Position numbers and translations under genes: made by a program. This document shows positions 10,622 through 21,670 of a stretch of 64,000 bases of DNA, one piece after another. This DNA is from a virus. The stretch lies in the IMG/VR virus record IMGVR_UViG_3300044641_010298, positions 40,213 through 104,212 of that record. The stretch is one strand, 5' to 3'. Every line of letters begins with the position of its first letter. The first letter of the stretch is position 1. Under the pieces are notes generated by a model. That model saw only the letters and a list, made by a program, of their open reading frames with translations. It was not told the origin of the DNA and made no database searches.

Positions 10622-11859
10622 AACTCCTGAACGCTATAGGTCTTTCTATTTTTCTTCCAGTTCTCGACGAGATTTGACGCAGTATTGTGCCAGTCATCTA
10701 CAGTCTTCTGGAAGCTAAACTCTGATCTTGCATAATTGAAGACTTTTCTTGATAGATTCTGTCGTTCAACATCAGAAAGCTCATACATTTTCATGATTCC
10801 AAGTGCAACATTTTCATTTTTAACGTAGTCTTCGTAAATGTAGGGAACGCTCTGCGAACCAACCAGAGTCTTCAGATCGATGTCAAGACCGACGCCATTG
10901 TGAGATCCGTCTCTATGATCAATAGCTTGTCTAGTCATGCCACCTGTCTTTGCAGCAATTATGGGAGTTCCTGCATTCATGGATTCTAGAGTTGCAAGAC
11001 CGAATCCCTCAGCAAAGCTTATGTTAATGCAAACGTCTGAGATGTTGTAGAGAATATTCATCTTGCTGAACTCTAGTCTCTCTTTTGAGAAGACTATATT
11101 ATCCTGCACTCCTAGCTGCTCAGATACTGCGTAGAGATTTGGTCCCTCTTGGTCAAGCGGGTCTGTATGCATAATGAGAGTAGCTTTTCTGTGACCGTGC
11201 TTCTTTTGTAGATCATCAAGGAAAATCTTCCATGACTCAATGACGTCGCTTGGTCGCTTCCTTCTTGCGTTTCTATTCACCCATATCGCCACAAAATGAT
11301 CTGCGCGATTGCTACCAAGAAGCTGATGTCTGTACATTCTCTTCTCATGCTGCGAGATAGGATAGAATAGGTCAGGCGGCAGCGCATGAGGAATGAAGTT
11401 TGTCTTATCCGGGAATCGATCTTTTATCATGTCATATGTTGCATAAGAATGACAATTTATTAGATCTGTCGCTTCATATAGCGAAGAATTGAAGGAAGGA
11501 TAGGGAAGATTATCCCAGACATGCCACCATGCAATAGGGCATACCTGGTGAACTTCATCCTCCATTTCAAAGAGCCAAATAAAGAATCTTGGATCTGTGA
11601 ATATGAGAAGCAAATCGGGCTTCTCAGTGGCGAGTGTAACCCTGATTAGGTCTCTATTTCCAAATCCGTCGATTGGCTTGATGATGAAGTCTTCATTAAC
11701 AACGACTGTCCTGTAATCTGTGTGCTTGACAGCAGCACCAAATTGCCTAAATGTCCAGCCGCCCTTATCAAGCATGCCGTTCACGAGATGTCTTGTCTGG
11801 GTTCCTACACCCGAAGTGGATAGAGCGTGATCCGATAGAATTAGAACTTTCTTTTTCAT
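10618..11859 (-). CDS. glycosyltransferase family 4
   Basis: 'TSGVG', 'NRNARRK', 'AEGFGLATLESMNAGTPII'. Confidence 0.9.
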   Translation of the reverse strand: MKKKVLILSDHALSTSGVGTQTRHLVNGMLDKGGWTFRQFGAAVKHTDYRTVVVNEDFIIKPIDGFGNRDLIRVTLATEKPDLLLIFTDPRFFIWLFEMEDEVHQVCPIAWWHVWDNLPYPSFNSSLYEATDLINCHSYATYDMIKDRFPDKTNFIPHALPPDLFYPISQHEKRMYRHQLLGSNRADHFVAIWVNRNARRKRPSDVIESWKIFLDDLQKKHGHRKATLIMHTDPLDQEGPNLYAVSEQLGVQDNIVFSKERLEFSKMNILYNISDVCINISFAEGFGLATLESMNAGTPIIAAKTGGMTRQAIDHRDGSHNGVGLDIDLKTLVGSQSVPYIYEDYVKNENVALGIMKMYELSDVERQNLSRKVFNYARSEFSFQKTVDDWHNTASNLVENWKKNRKTYSVQEF

Positions 11860-11881
11860 GATTCTCTAAGAACAATAGGCA

Positions 11882-12694
11882 TTATCTAGCACTCGTAAAT
11901 GCTGGAAATTCAGCAGATCCTGGACAATGATCGGTTCCTTTGAACTCGCAATATGTGCATGACATTCTATTCTTTAGATACTTCCCAGAAGAAACTCCAT
12001 TAATCATTGACTTTACTAGCTTATTTGAATCATCAAGCATCTTAGGCCCAACAGATATTTCAACTAGTTCGCAAGACTTTCCCTTCTTTGATCCACGCTT
12101 TAGGAGAACAAATCCGCACTTTATCTCTTTGGGATCAACTTCAAACTTTTGGCTTGTATAGAACTTGTAGAGGGCAAGCTGTGCCTGAACAAGAAAATCT
12201 CTTTTCTTGTCTGACGACCATCCTCGAGCGCTGGTAGTCTTCCAGTCTATAATCCAGAGCTTATCCTGCCCCCTTTTGTTCTTTGCCTTTATCATTCCAT
12301 CGACAAATCCCTTAAATTTAACATTAGAATCTTGAACAGATTCATATAGTGCATGCTCTGATGCAATAAATTCCCAATCTGGGAATGTCTCTGACATAAA
12401 ATCAGGAATATCTTCGATGATCTGCTTGGCTTCCTTTACCCAGGTATCAGGATTATTGAAACTTTTTTCTTTCCATCCATTCCGTATGCTTGATTCCAGC
12501 CGATCTAGATTAAACTCTCGGGATTTGAGATAGTCTTCACACTCAGCGTGGACGTGTGTTCCAAAATCGATATTAGGGCTTGGAACAAACTTATCAATCT
12601 TGTCAATATAGACTAGCTTGTGACGCCAGGAGCATTCCTTCCAAGCCTTTACCTCAGAATAAGAAACATGCGGTTTTCCAGTTGGAAAAATCAT
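11882..12694 (-). CDS. PD-(D/E)XK nuclease, Cas4/RecB-like
   Basis: 'SYS...C', 'FGTHVH', 'GFVD', 'IIDWKT', 'QLALY', C-terminal 'CTYC......C'. Confidence 0.85.
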   Translation of the reverse strand: MIFPTGKPHVSYSEVKAWKECSWRHKLVYIDKIDKFVPSPNIDFGTHVHAECEDYLKSREFNLDRLESSIRNGWKEKSFNNPDTWVKEAKQIIEDIPDFMSETFPDWEFIASEHALYESVQDSNVKFKGFVDGMIKAKNKRGQDKLWIIDWKTTSARGWSSDKKRDFLVQAQLALYKFYTSQKFEVDPKEIKCGFVLLKRGSKKGKSCELVEISVGPKMLDDSNKLVKSMINGVSSGKYLKNRMSCTYCEFKGTDHCPGSAEFPAFTSAR

Positions 12695-12733
12695 TTAGTC
12701 CTCATGTTATCTTACTTCGCTTAGGAGTCGTAT

Positions 12734-13675
12734 TCAACTCTTTTTGCTGACTGCTCGACCAATCTGGTGTTCCCAGTCTCTATCTTTTTCTCCGCGGACC
12801 TCTAGATTCTTTTCCCACGCAGATACCAAAACCTTTGGATCAATTCCGTTCTTTCTAGCAACTGATATTAGTGCGTTGATGTCCTTTGGGAAACAATGTC
12901 CGCCAAATCCTCTTACATGGTTTCCCTCGTGAGTTGGAACCGGGCCAGGAACAGACCAGTGGGTACTTCCTAGTCTAGTATCGAATTTTGCGTACTCTAC
13001 AACCTTGTCATAGTCAACATTGAGACCGCTAGCATCAAGAGATTCACAAATCTGTGAAATCTCGTTAGCAAAAGAGACTTTCACTGCAAGAAAGCAGTTC
13101 GTAACGTACTTAACCATTTCAGCTGTGGTCGAGTCTGTCTTAACAATTGGTACACTGGGAAATGCTCTCTGGAAAACATTCTTTACAGTGTTTATCTGCG
13201 GTCGTGGTCCTCCCAGAATAATTCTATTTTGGCTTCTCATATCATTCAGAGCATTTGCTTCTGTTAAAAATTCGGGATTAAAAACTACGTAGAGTCCATT
13301 TGAATTATATTTTTCATTCCACGACTCTGTTGATCCCGGAGGAACTGTAGATTTAATAACTGCAATTCTCTCACCCGGGATAGCAGCAAGCTCTTCCAGA
13401 ACGCTCTCAACAATCGAAAGATCAGCTGATCCATCTTCTTGCATCGGAGTTGGAACACAGACAAAATATACCCCTGAAAATTGTGTCCCTTTTTCTGGTC
13501 CCACTCTTTCTGCGTAGTCTATCATTCCCTTTAGAGACCAAAGATCAGACATCTCAAATACACCAGGGACTACTTTTCCAGCTTTATCAAAAGCATAGAC
13601 AGTAAATCCTCGTTCAGAAAATACAGTCGCAAGTGAACCGCCAACAAATCCTTGTCCAATAACAGCTATGCTCAT
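12734..13675 (-). CDS. UDP-glucose/GDP-mannose dehydrogenase family protein (short form)
   Basis: 'IGQGFVG', 'CVPTP', 'IKSTVPPG', 'NPEFL', '[10 protein letters not shown]'; 313 aa, lacks C-terminal UDP-binding domain. Confidence 0.85.
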   Translation of the reverse strand: MSIAVIGQGFVGGSLATVFSERGFTVYAFDKAGKVVPGVFEMSDLWSLKGMIDYAERVGPEKGTQFSGVYFVCVPTPMQEDGSADLSIVESVLEELAAIPGERIAVIKSTVPPGSTESWNEKYNSNGLYVVFNPEFLTEANALNDMRSQNRIILGGPRPQINTVKNVFQRAFPSVPIVKTDSTTAEMVKYVTNCFLAVKVSFANEISQICESLDASGLNVDYDKVVEYAKFDTRLGSTHWSVPGPVPTHEGNHVRGFGGHCFPKDINALISVARKNGIDPKVLVSAWEKNLEVRGEKDRDWEHQIGRAVSKKS

Positions 13676-14652
13676 TTTATTTTCTCTCTCTCTGCAGCAA
13701 GATCAGATTCATACATTAGCTTTGCGAGACTCTTGAACGTAGTCTTTGGTGTCCATCCGAGCTTTTCCTTGGCCTTGGTGCAATCTCCCTCCAGCCAGGG
13801 CACCTCGTGTGGTCTCCTGAGCCGATCATCTATGATGAGATGCTTGTCAACATCAAGGCCGGCAATCTGGAAGACCTCATCAAGGAACTCTCTAACTGTA
13901 TGAGTCTCTCCGGTGGAAATCACGTAGTCATCGGGCCTGTCTTGCTGCAGCATGAGCCACATTGCCTCAACATAGTCCTTTGCGTATCCCCAGTCTCGGA
14001 GCGCATCGAGATTTCCAAGAGAGATATTGTCCTGGAGACCGAGCTTGATCCTTGCCGCTGCAAGGGTGATCTTGCGGGTCACAAATGTCTCGCCACGACG
14101 AGGGCTCTCATGGTTGAAGAGAATACCGGAAGAAGCGTGGATGCCGTATCCCTCGCGGTAGTTACGTGTTAGACCATGAGCAAAGACCTTCGCGCATGCG
14201 TATGGCGAGGCCGGCATCAGACGTGTCAGTTCATTCTGGGGGTGTTCCGGGTTGTCACCGTACATCTCAGAAGAAGACGCTTGATAGAATCGACAATTTG
14301 GTTGCATTGTGCGAATGCACTCTAGAAGTCGAAGCGGTCCCATGGCAACTGCGTCCACTGTCTCTTCCGGAACGTCAAATGACACCCTGACGTGTGACTG
14401 TGCAGCGAGATTGTAGACCTCATCGAACTTCTGGTTCGAGAAGAGCCGGTAGAATGCTCCGACATCGTTCATTGAGCCGTAAACGAGCTGGAAGTTTGGA
14501 TTTGCGAGGAGATGGTCAATTCTGTCAGTCGCCAATAGTGAGGTTCTCCTCTTCACTCCGACGACCTTGTATCCCTTCTCCAGAAGGAGCTCTGCCAGGT
14601 ATGAACCGTCCTGTCCTGTGACTCCAGTGACCAGTGCTGTCTTCATGTTCAA
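13672..14652 (-). CDS. gmd: GDP-mannose 4,6-dehydratase
   Basis: '[13 protein letters not shown]', 'NLAAQSHV', 'YQASSSE', '[17 protein letters not shown]'. Confidence 0.97.
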   Translation of the reverse strand: MNMKTALVTGVTGQDGSYLAELLLEKGYKVVGVKRRTSLLATDRIDHLLANPNFQLVYGSMNDVGAFYRLFSNQKFDEVYNLAAQSHVRVSFDVPEETVDAVAMGPLRLLECIRTMQPNCRFYQASSSEMYGDNPEHPQNELTRLMPASPYACAKVFAHGLTRNYREGYGIHASSGILFNHESPRRGETFVTRKITLAAARIKLGLQDNISLGNLDALRDWGYAKDYVEAMWLMLQQDRPDDYVISTGETHTVREFLDEVFQIAGLDVDKHLIIDDRLRRPHEVPWLEGDCTKAKEKLGWTPKTTFKSLAKLMYESDLAAEREKIK

Positions 14653-15575
14653 ACTATAACACCACGAACGTTCGGGTATCTTACTTGAAAGTACTTAATA
14701 GTCTCTCTTAGACCCTCGCGAAGAGGTGTATATTCACCCTTCCAGCCAAGAGACCTAAGCCTCTCGTTGGACGAAGGCTTTTCGTACTGTCCGTCAGGCT
14801 TACTCTTATCAAAGTTACAACCTCCCTCGTATCCAATCTCCTCAGCAATCATACGAGCAAGACTTTCAATCGAGACCTGCTCTGGATTTCCAATGTTGAC
14901 AGGCTCTGCTTTGTCATAGTTCTCTGCAAGCCAGAGAATAATTCTTGCTGCATCACGTGCAAAAGTGAACTCACGTAACGGCTTGCCACTTCCCCAGACA
15001 TCTACATGGTCGTGTCCGTAGACCTTTGCCTCGTGAAATTTTCTGATGAGAGACGGTATGACATGACCGCTGTTTAGATCGTAGTTGTCGTTAAGACCGT
15101 AGAGATTGTTAGGAATGACTGAGATAAAGTTACATCCGAACTGTTGACGGTATGCCCTGCTCTGTACCTCTAGCATCCTCTTTGCGTATGCGTAACCAAA
15201 GTTTGAAGGGTGTGGTGGACCGAGATGAAGCTGGTCCTCTGTGAGCGGGTATTTCACGTATGCAGCATCTGGATAGATGCAAGTTGAGAGGATAGAGACA
15301 AGCTTTAGTCCGTCATGCTTGCAGGCTTCAAGAATGTTCATGCTCATACGAACGTTATCATCAAAGAAATCTGCGACATAGTCAGTGTTTGCTTTCACAC
15401 CTCCTACTCTTGCAGCGCAATGAATAACTGTGTCAAACTTACCATTTGGACAAAGTCTGAGTTTAAAATTGCCCGTGAGATCACAATTTTTCGAATTAAA
15501 ACCAATTGATCCTGGTGAAAGAGATAGAACCTCACTTCCAAGTAGACCAGTTGAACCTGTAATCAGTCTCATCAT
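14649..15575 (-). CDS. fcl: GDP-L-fucose synthase
   Basis: 'AARVGGV', 'LSTCIYP', 'YAYAK', '[10 protein letters not shown]', '[10 protein letters not shown]'; next to gmd. Confidence 0.92.
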   Translation of the reverse strand: MMRLITGSTGLLGSEVLSLSPGSIGFNSKNCDLTGNFKLRLCPNGKFDTVIHCAARVGGVKANTDYVADFFDDNVRMSMNILEACKHDGLKLVSILSTCIYPDAAYVKYPLTEDQLHLGPPHPSNFGYAYAKRMLEVQSRAYRQQFGCNFISVIPNNLYGLNDNYDLNSGHVIPSLIRKFHEAKVYGHDHVDVWGSGKPLREFTFARDAARIILWLAENYDKAEPVNIGNPEQVSIESLARMIAEEIGYEGGCNFDKSKPDGQYEKPSSNERLRSLGWKGEYTPLREGLRETIKYFQVRYPNVRGVIV

Positions 15576-16219
15576 GATTCTCTATTGACTTCCCAGACAG
15601 TCAAAGATTCTCTCCACCAGTAGGAAAAGTTGGAATATTTTACAGAGGCCTGGCCTAATGCATTGCTAGCAGGAACATTTAGAGTAAATCCTTTCCCTAC
15701 CATAAGATCAACAAAAGAATCAAAAGGCAAGGGATTTAAATGCTGGTGGTGTGGATCGCTTTCTGGATTTTCAGATCCACCATATCGACTCCACGTCATT
15801 ATTAGATACTTACCCGTTAGAGATCTTAGATTTTTTAGTAGAGTCTCTGTGTATTCGGGTTCGATATGTTCGCCAACTTCAGTGCATATCACAATATCGA
15901 ACTTCTTTTCTTCTAAGCCTTCCGGCAAAGGATCTCTTATATCAATAAAGTGAATATTATCAACAATTGATTTGCTAGCGTACTTTTTATGATACTCAAA
16001 ATATTCTATTCCTTCAACACTAACATTTTTGAATCCTGATTTAATGAAATCAATAAGATGACCATCTGCACAACCTACATCAATAGCACTTGAGACACTA
16101 CTAAAATTAAATACTTCTTTTAAGACTTGAAAAAATGATTCATATGGTGCAGGAGAGCGACCTGTCTCCTCGCCCTCTGGATATCTTTTCTCAATGTTAA
16201 TTTTTTCCATTAAATCCAC
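15572..16219 (-). CDS. class I SAM-dependent methyltransferase
   Basis: 'IDVGCADG', 'FDIVICTEVGEHI'. Confidence 0.85.
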   Translation of the reverse strand: MDLMEKINIEKRYPEGEETGRSPAPYESFFQVLKEVFNFSSVSSAIDVGCADGHLIDFIKSGFKNVSVEGIEYFEYHKKYASKSIVDNIHFIDIRDPLPEGLEEKKFDIVICTEVGEHIEPEYTETLLKNLRSLTGKYLIMTWSRYGGSENPESDPHHQHLNPLPFDSFVDLMVGKGFTLNVPASNALGQASVKYSNFSYWWRESLTVWEVNRES

Positions 16220-17085
16220 CTTTCTTTGGACACGACTGGGACATACTGCAAAAAATCAATCTGGCTATAGTCAAAAGACTTTAGTCTAAAATTGGTCCAT
16301 GATCCCATATACGGTCTTTCAAAATCAACTATTCCAGCAAGAGCATCAATACCAGATCCTACATCATAGAATATAGCATTTTTGTATTTTTTAAGTCTGT
16401 GAAGAAGTCCAGATTTAACATGCCCAATTCCGACTAAAAATATGCGAGTCTCTTCTGATGAGTTCTCAAGCTGAGTTGCAACGCTTCGTTCAAGAGATTC
16501 AAGATCATCACACGCAAATTTCTGCGGGATCTTAATATAGTCATTAAAAGTCTCAAGACCAAGAAACTCTTGATATTCTACATTTTCCATTAAACCCTGG
16601 ATTAAGTCAATCTTTTTATCAGCTCCAATTATACCAATCTTTCCAGAAAAATTCTTTGTTAGCCATCTGCTAGAAACAAGACCGTATCCAAATTCAGCAG
16701 GAATATTGATTGGACGGTCAGGGTACAGATCTCTAAAAAGGTGAGTGTTATAAAGCTCAACAGCAATCAGATCGTTTTGCACAACACCATTAATAAAATC
16801 ATCGTGATTAAGCATCTGACTGTAATCTTTTCCAATAGATCTCTTTCCAGGAGTTGCACTTCCATATGGAATCTTTTTAAGAAAGTAATAGTCGCCATCT
16901 CCAAACTTATAAATTGTGCAGCTATTTCCCGCAGAAGTCGCTTCAATTAACCACTTCTTGAATCCTTCTAATCCCTCCTGGAAGTTTGGACAAGCATCCG
17001 GATTTTGAAAAACTGGGTGTTGATCTAGATTTAGCGATCCTTCTATTTCATATTGTGGCAAAAAACCCGGATGCTTATCAAGCAA
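16210..17085 (-). CDS. putative GT-D fold-like glycosyltransferase
   Basis: 'YKFGDGD' resembles the GT-D RFGDGE motif, 'DVGSG'; located in the glycan island. Confidence 0.4.
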   Translation of the reverse strand: MLDKHPGFLPQYEIEGSLNLDQHPVFQNPDACPNFQEGLEGFKKWLIEATSAGNSCTIYKFGDGDYYFLKKIPYGSATPGKRSIGKDYSQMLNHDDFINGVVQNDLIAVELYNTHLFRDLYPDRPINIPAEFGYGLVSSRWLTKNFSGKIGIIGADKKIDLIQGLMENVEYQEFLGLETFNDYIKIPQKFACDDLESLERSVATQLENSSEETRIFLVGIGHVKSGLLHRLKKYKNAIFYDVGSGIDALAGIVDFERPYMGSWTNFRLKSFDYSQIDFLQYVPVVSKERWI

Positions 17086-17133
17086 GATTATCTCCTAGTT
17101 AGAAAACAATAATTTGTCTTTTCTAGATTTATA

Positions 17134-18228
17134 CTAGGGCCTGTATTGATTTACGACATCAGAAATATACCTTAGCTGATTCTCTTCTAGCCACCATCCA
17201 ACTGGAATGTTGATCATTCTGCTGCAGAAATAGTCGCAGCCTGGCAGACTATCTGAAACATAGTCCGAAAAGACAGAATATCTGTCATTTCTCACGTGAA
17301 CAACATCTGATGCGATTCCCTTTTCAAGGAGATACTTTGAAAAATGAGAAGGAGAATCAACAACAAGCGTATAGATCCAGTATGCAGATTCAGCATCCGG
17401 AGTCTGTCTTAGCTTTTTAACATAGACATTTTCTATTTCACGATCGTAGAACTTTCCATTTTTTATGTGCTTCTCAACAATTCCGTCAATTTTTTCCATC
17501 TGAAGTAATCCAATTGAAGCATTGACATTATTCATGTGGAATTTGTATCCAGATCTCGTAATGTCCTGGGACCACTTCTGGCCTGTGAACTTTCTATCAA
17601 GACCAAACCACTTTATCTTTCTGAGTGTTTCAATTTCTTCTTTTCCAAGATTTGTAGAAATTGCGCCCCCATCGACTGTGGTCAGGTGCTTGATTGCTTG
17701 AAAAGAGAAGCAAACATAATCAGAGTGACTTCCGATCTTTTGACCCTTGTATGAGGCACCTAGTGCATGTGCTGCATCTTCAATAACCCTGATTCCGTGA
17801 TTCTTGGCAATTCTATTAATTTCATCAATTTCAAATGGTAATCCGCTCCAGTGAACACCTACGATTGCCTTTGTTTTCTTGGTGATCTTCTTTTCAACAG
17901 AAGCTGGATCAATATTTCCTGTTGTGGGATCAATATCTGCCCAGACAATTTTCGCCCTAGCATTGTGAATTGGTTCATTTGTTGCCATGCATGTCATAGG
18001 TGTCGTAATAACTTCGTCTCCCGGACCGACTCCCGACATATCATAGGCAAGTGTGAGTGCGCTGGTGCAGCTATTGACAATGGCAACATCTCTATTCTGG
18101 ATGTATTCACCAAAACTTCTCTCAAATTGATCTGACTTTTCACCCTCGGTAATAAATCCTGAGTCGAAGACTTCTTGGATTGCTTGACCAATGCCTACCG
18201 GTGTGTGTATCTTGAAGAGGGGAATCAC
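17134..18228 (-). CDS. DegT/DnrJ/EryC1/StrS sugar aminotransferase
   Basis: 'VNSCTSAL', 'IEDAAHALG', 'FSFQAIKHLTTVDGG'. Confidence 0.95.
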   Translation of the reverse strand: MIPLFKIHTPVGIGQAIQEVFDSGFITEGEKSDQFERSFGEYIQNRDVAIVNSCTSALTLAYDMSGVGPGDEVITTPMTCMATNEPIHNARAKIVWADIDPTTGNIDPASVEKKITKKTKAIVGVHWSGLPFEIDEINRIAKNHGIRVIEDAAHALGASYKGQKIGSHSDYVCFSFQAIKHLTTVDGGAISTNLGKEEIETLRKIKWFGLDRKFTGQKWSQDITRSGYKFHMNNVNASIGLLQMEKIDGIVEKHIKNGKFYDREIENVYVKKLRQTPDAESAYWIYTLVVDSPSHFSKYLLEKGIASDVVHVRNDRYSVFSDYVSDSLPGCDYFCSRMINIPVGWWLEENQLRYISDVVNQYRP

Positions 18229-19178
18229 TTGGTTTTTCTCCTGTATTCGCTGATTATATTCTCAATTTCTTTGTCAAGGAATCTTGTTTGCTTCCATCCT
18301 AGATTCAAAACCTTGCTATTGTCGAGAGCGTATCTGACATCAGCACCCGATCTATCCATTACGTTTTTTGTAACATCTTTGTAGTCAACTTTCATATTTT
18401 TACAAATTATCCTTACGACTTCTTCTACAGAATATTCTTCGTCAGAAGAAATGTGATAAGACTCATTTCTATTTCCTTCTTCGATTATTCTAAAAATTGC
18501 GTCAACATTATCATCAACGTGAATCCAGTTTCTAATATGGGTGCCGCTTCCGTGAATTGGTATCTTGTTTCCATCAAGGATGCTCGTTATAGATCTAGGA
18601 ATTAATTTTTCTGAGTTTTGTCTTGGGCCGTAGTTGTTAGTAGTTCTTGTGATAATGTATGGAATTTTATAGGTTCTTCCCCACGCAGAAACAAGCTGTT
18701 CAGCGGCTGACTTTGTTGCAGAGTAGGGATTACTTGGTGTGTGCTTGTCAGACTCCCCAAAGAAACCATCTTCAATGTCTCCAAATACCTCGTCTGTGCT
18801 GATTTGTACGAAAAGCGGGCACTCATATTCCCAGGCGGACATTACGCTTTTTATGTTCTTGTTCTTTATAATTTCAAGCAAATTATAGACACCTAGCACG
18901 TTGGTTCTAACAAAATTGAAGCTGTCTTCTATTGAGTTATCAACATGTGATTCAGCAGCAAAATTTATTATTGCGTGACAGTGGGGAAGATCTTTGATTT
19001 GTGAAATATCCTCTTTTATGTGAACATAATTTCCCTTAAAATTCAGATCCTTATTAGCTGCATAAGTCTCGCAATCAATGTTGATGATTGAATATCCCTT
19101 TTCAAGGGCTTTCTCGACAAAATGAGAGCCTATGAATCCTAAGCCTCCAGTAACTACAAAAGTCTTACTTCTGGACAT
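18225..19178 (-). CDS. rfbB: dTDP-glucose 4,6-dehydratase-like
   Basis: 'VTGGLGFIG', 'AAESHVD', 'ISTDEV', 'YSATK', 'NNYGP'; likely start MSRSK at 19178. Confidence 0.85.
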   Translation of the reverse strand: MSRSKTFVVTGGLGFIGSHFVEKALEKGYSIINIDCETYAANKDLNFKGNYVHIKEDISQIKDLPHCHAIINFAAESHVDNSIEDSFNFVRTNVLGVYNLLEIIKNKNIKSVMSAWEYECPLFVQISTDEVFGDIEDGFFGESDKHTPSNPYSATKSAAEQLVSAWGRTYKIPYIITRTTNNYGPRQNSEKLIPRSITSILDGNKIPIHGSGTHIRNWIHVDDNVDAIFRIIEEGNRNESYHISSDEEYSVEEVVRIICKNMKVDYKDVTKNVMDRSGADVRYALDNSKVLNLGWKQTRFLDKEIENIISEYRRKTK

Positions 19179-19596
19179 TTTCAAAAAAGATCTCCCAATT
19201 TTCAAATTTCTCTGTGTCCTGATTTTCAGGATGCCATGCAATATTAGGCAGGTTTATTACAGTTGATATCTCTGATTCACTATTATTCACAATTCTTATA
19301 GGCATTCCTGGCGGAATAAAGACTACTCGAATTTGATTTTCATCAACTCTTAGATTGACCTTTTTTACTTGACCATCCTCAAAATACTCAACAAAACTTT
19401 CTCCACCAATTGCAGTCAGATACCCAGATCTTTTCCTGTGAAGAATTGGCCCCTTTTTCATAAGGGGACCAATCGTTGTTGCGTAGACCATTGCAGGTTG
19501 ATATCCTGGAACAAGAGAATCCCAATCCCTGTATATTGGAATCATGAGACCCTCAGCCGTCTTGTTGATGAATATTTCCCTATAAGAGAGAGTCAT
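19165..19596 (-). CDS. cupin-fold sugar epimerase/isomerase (RmlC/WxcM-like)
   Basis: 'KGPILH', 'VFIPPG'; next to rfbB-like gene. Confidence 0.55.
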   Translation of the reverse strand: MTLSYREIFINKTAEGLMIPIYRDWDSLVPGYQPAMVYATTIGPLMKKGPILHRKRSGYLTAIGGESFVEYFEDGQVKKVNLRVDENQIRVVFIPPGMPIRIVNNSESEISTVINLPNIAWHPENQDTEKFENWEIFFENVQK

Positions 19597-20222
19597 TTAT
19601 TTTCCTTTTTAATCTTATCAATAAAATCCGAGCTTATACAATCAGAAAAAATTGAAATTCCAGGAAATTTTTCATTTATTACAGTGTAATTAAGCTTATC
19701 CCTAGTTGAGCAAATTGAAGCTCTTTTGTATTTTGTCATCCACTCAACATTGTCTCTCTCAGGAGTTCCGCCTTCAAAAATTACTGGGATCCCACTTTTT
19801 ATTTTTTCCTTGAATATTTCATGAATTTGATAAATCTTTTCTCCATCATTTGAAACATCAATGTGACAAAAATCAAAATTTAGATTGGACCAATCTCCCT
19901 CAAATATGTTTCCCTTCTCAAGAGTCACAAAATCTGAAACGCCAAGATCATCTATCCTTTGCTGAACATCTGATCTTTTGCTGCTCTTATAAGAGTAATC
20001 TTCCCACAAGTCAAAGCATGTAAGTGATCCATTTCCGAGTGTCTTCAAAGCAAGGCCCATGCAAATTGCAGAATATCCAAAAAGAGTCCCAAACTCAACA
20101 ATTTTTAAGGGAGAAATTTCTAAAACTGTCTCATACAAAAAAATACCAAGACCATTCTTGGAATAAGAAGACTCAATTTCTAGCCTATTTATAATTTCTC
20201 TTGCCTCATTCTCTCTTATCAT
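19593..20222 (-). CDS. SAM-dependent methyltransferase (Methyltransf_24-like)
   Basis: 'IVEFGTLFGYSA', 'FDFCHID'. Confidence 0.75.
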   Translation of the reverse strand: MIRENEAREIINRLEIESSYSKNGLGIFLYETVLEISPLKIVEFGTLFGYSAICMGLALKTLGNGSLTCFDLWEDYSYKSSKRSDVQQRIDDLGVSDFVTLEKGNIFEGDWSNLNFDFCHIDVSNDGEKIYQIHEIFKEKIKSGIPVIFEGGTPERDNVEWMTKYKRASICSTRDKLNYTVINEKFPGISIFSDCISSDFIDKIKKENK

Positions 20223-20243
20223 TAATTCCTCACGTTCTGGAAT

Positions 20244-20900
20244 CTAGTAATCTCTTGGATTTTCACCATGCGGATACCAAGTCAATCCCATCTCATCTCT
20301 AGTGTCAAATTGAATCTTCTCTTTTTGAAAAAAATTAAAAATTTGATCTTCAATTGAGATTGAATTCTTGACCATTTCAATTAAATTAATTGATCTACAG
20401 TAGCTTAAAAGATCCTTAGAGCTTATACAAAAAAGACCTGTATTAAAATGTCGACCGTGCTCTCTGTTAATTGTGAATAGATTTCTTGGATTTGACAAAA
20501 AAGAATCAATAAAATTAAAGTTTCTTGTCTTCTGCCTCGGTTCGTGATGAATTATCCAGTCATATTCTTTTATTTCATTTTCAAGACAAAGCCACGTAAA
20601 AATCAGTCCAGCACCGTTATTTAATCCCCCAAATTGATTGTTTTTAGTTAAAAAAACTCTAGAATTTGAGGGAAATCTATCAACAATTCTTTGATCAATC
20701 TCGGAAAAACTAGAAGATGTATTATCAGATATGATGATGTCCACATTCTTGAATCTATCATGTCCGCTCAAGAATGTATCTAGCCCCGCCATATACTGGT
20801 TTACTCTATCCTCTCCTGTAAATCTTCCAGAACCATATCCGGTGCGAGGAGGCGGATTAAATGCACAGCTCAGGATGATTAAGCACCTGCTTTTTTCCAT
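20244..20900 (-). CDS. hypothetical protein, possible glycosyltransferase
   Basis: 218 aa in glycan island; 'IIISDNT', 'FNTGLF'. Confidence 0.4.
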   Translation of the reverse strand: MEKSRCLIILSCAFNPPPRTGYGSGRFTGEDRVNQYMAGLDTFLSGHDRFKNVDIIISDNTSSSFSEIDQRIVDRFPSNSRVFLTKNNQFGGLNNGAGLIFTWLCLENEIKEYDWIIHHEPRQKTRNFNFIDSFLSNPRNLFTINREHGRHFNTGLFCISSKDLLSYCRSINLIEMVKNSISIEDQIFNFFQKEKIQFDTRDEMGLTWYPHGENPRDY

Positions 20901-20955
20901 GTGAAATCTCCAGTATTTGTCTCGTTTTATGTTTTCTGAAGTTTGCTAACTCGTC

Positions 20956-21657
20956 TTAGTTTCTCTGGTCTTCCACAAGGTTCTTTCTCATGAAGTAGAT
21001 GTTTGTGTGCTCATAATCATCATCTTTGTTTTCTACTTTCAAAAAGTACAAAGAATTTTCTCGAATGAGTGCACGATAAGCAATAAATCCTGATGTTTCA
21101 AGAAGCTGAAGCATATCAGAAATCTTTATTCCTCGCTCTTTCCAGCATCCTCCGTACTCGAATTGTCCGGCTAGTATTTTTTCGTGATTAGCATATCTTC
21201 CAATGCTAGAAAAAGTCTCTAGCTCAAATCCCTCTGTATCAATCTTGAGATACCATGAGCTAGAAGGGGATTGATCAAATTCTGATTCATCCAGTATGCT
21301 CTCAAGCCTTCTGAGGCTGACTTCGATCTTCTCTCTTTGATTCAGTATCTCTATCTCGTTAAATGCCTGTCTGTCATAGAGAGCTGAACACTTGGGAAAA
21401 TTAGGCGTCACAAACATATCAGACTTTTTTTCTTCTGTGGAGATTGCGCATTGAAATACTTTTGCGCTTGGGAATCTATTTCTAATGATCTCAGCCTTTT
21501 CTGGTATCGGCTCGATCATGATTGCATTTTTTCTAGATCCCATCCCTAGAACAAAACTAACAAAGTCACCCTCGTGACTTCCTACGTCAATTATTCCAAA
21601 ATCTTTTGGAAAAACTCGATCAATTATCGATTTTGCAATGATAAAATCTTCTTCCAC
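20956..21657 (-). CDS. FkbM-family methyltransferase
   Basis: 'IDVGSHEG', 'IEP', 'LKIDTEGFE'. Confidence 0.9.
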   Translation of the reverse strand: MEEDFIIAKSIIDRVFPKDFGIIDVGSHEGDFVSFVLGMGSRKNAIMIEPIPEKAEIIRNRFPSAKVFQCAISTEEKKSDMFVTPNFPKCSALYDRQAFNEIEILNQREKIEVSLRRLESILDESEFDQSPSSSWYLKIDTEGFELETFSSIGRYANHEKILAGQFEYGGCWKERGIKISDMLQLLETSGFIAYRALIRENSLYFLKVENKDDDYEHTNIYFMRKNLVEDQRN

Positions 21658-21670
21658 AGCAGCTCCCGTC

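Noticed and set aside
13672-14652. gmd as a recent horizontal acquisition because it looks GC-richer than its neighbours
   Set aside because: The same shift is seen in prkA and the long fibre gene, so expression-linked codon bias is as likely; cannot be resolved by eye.
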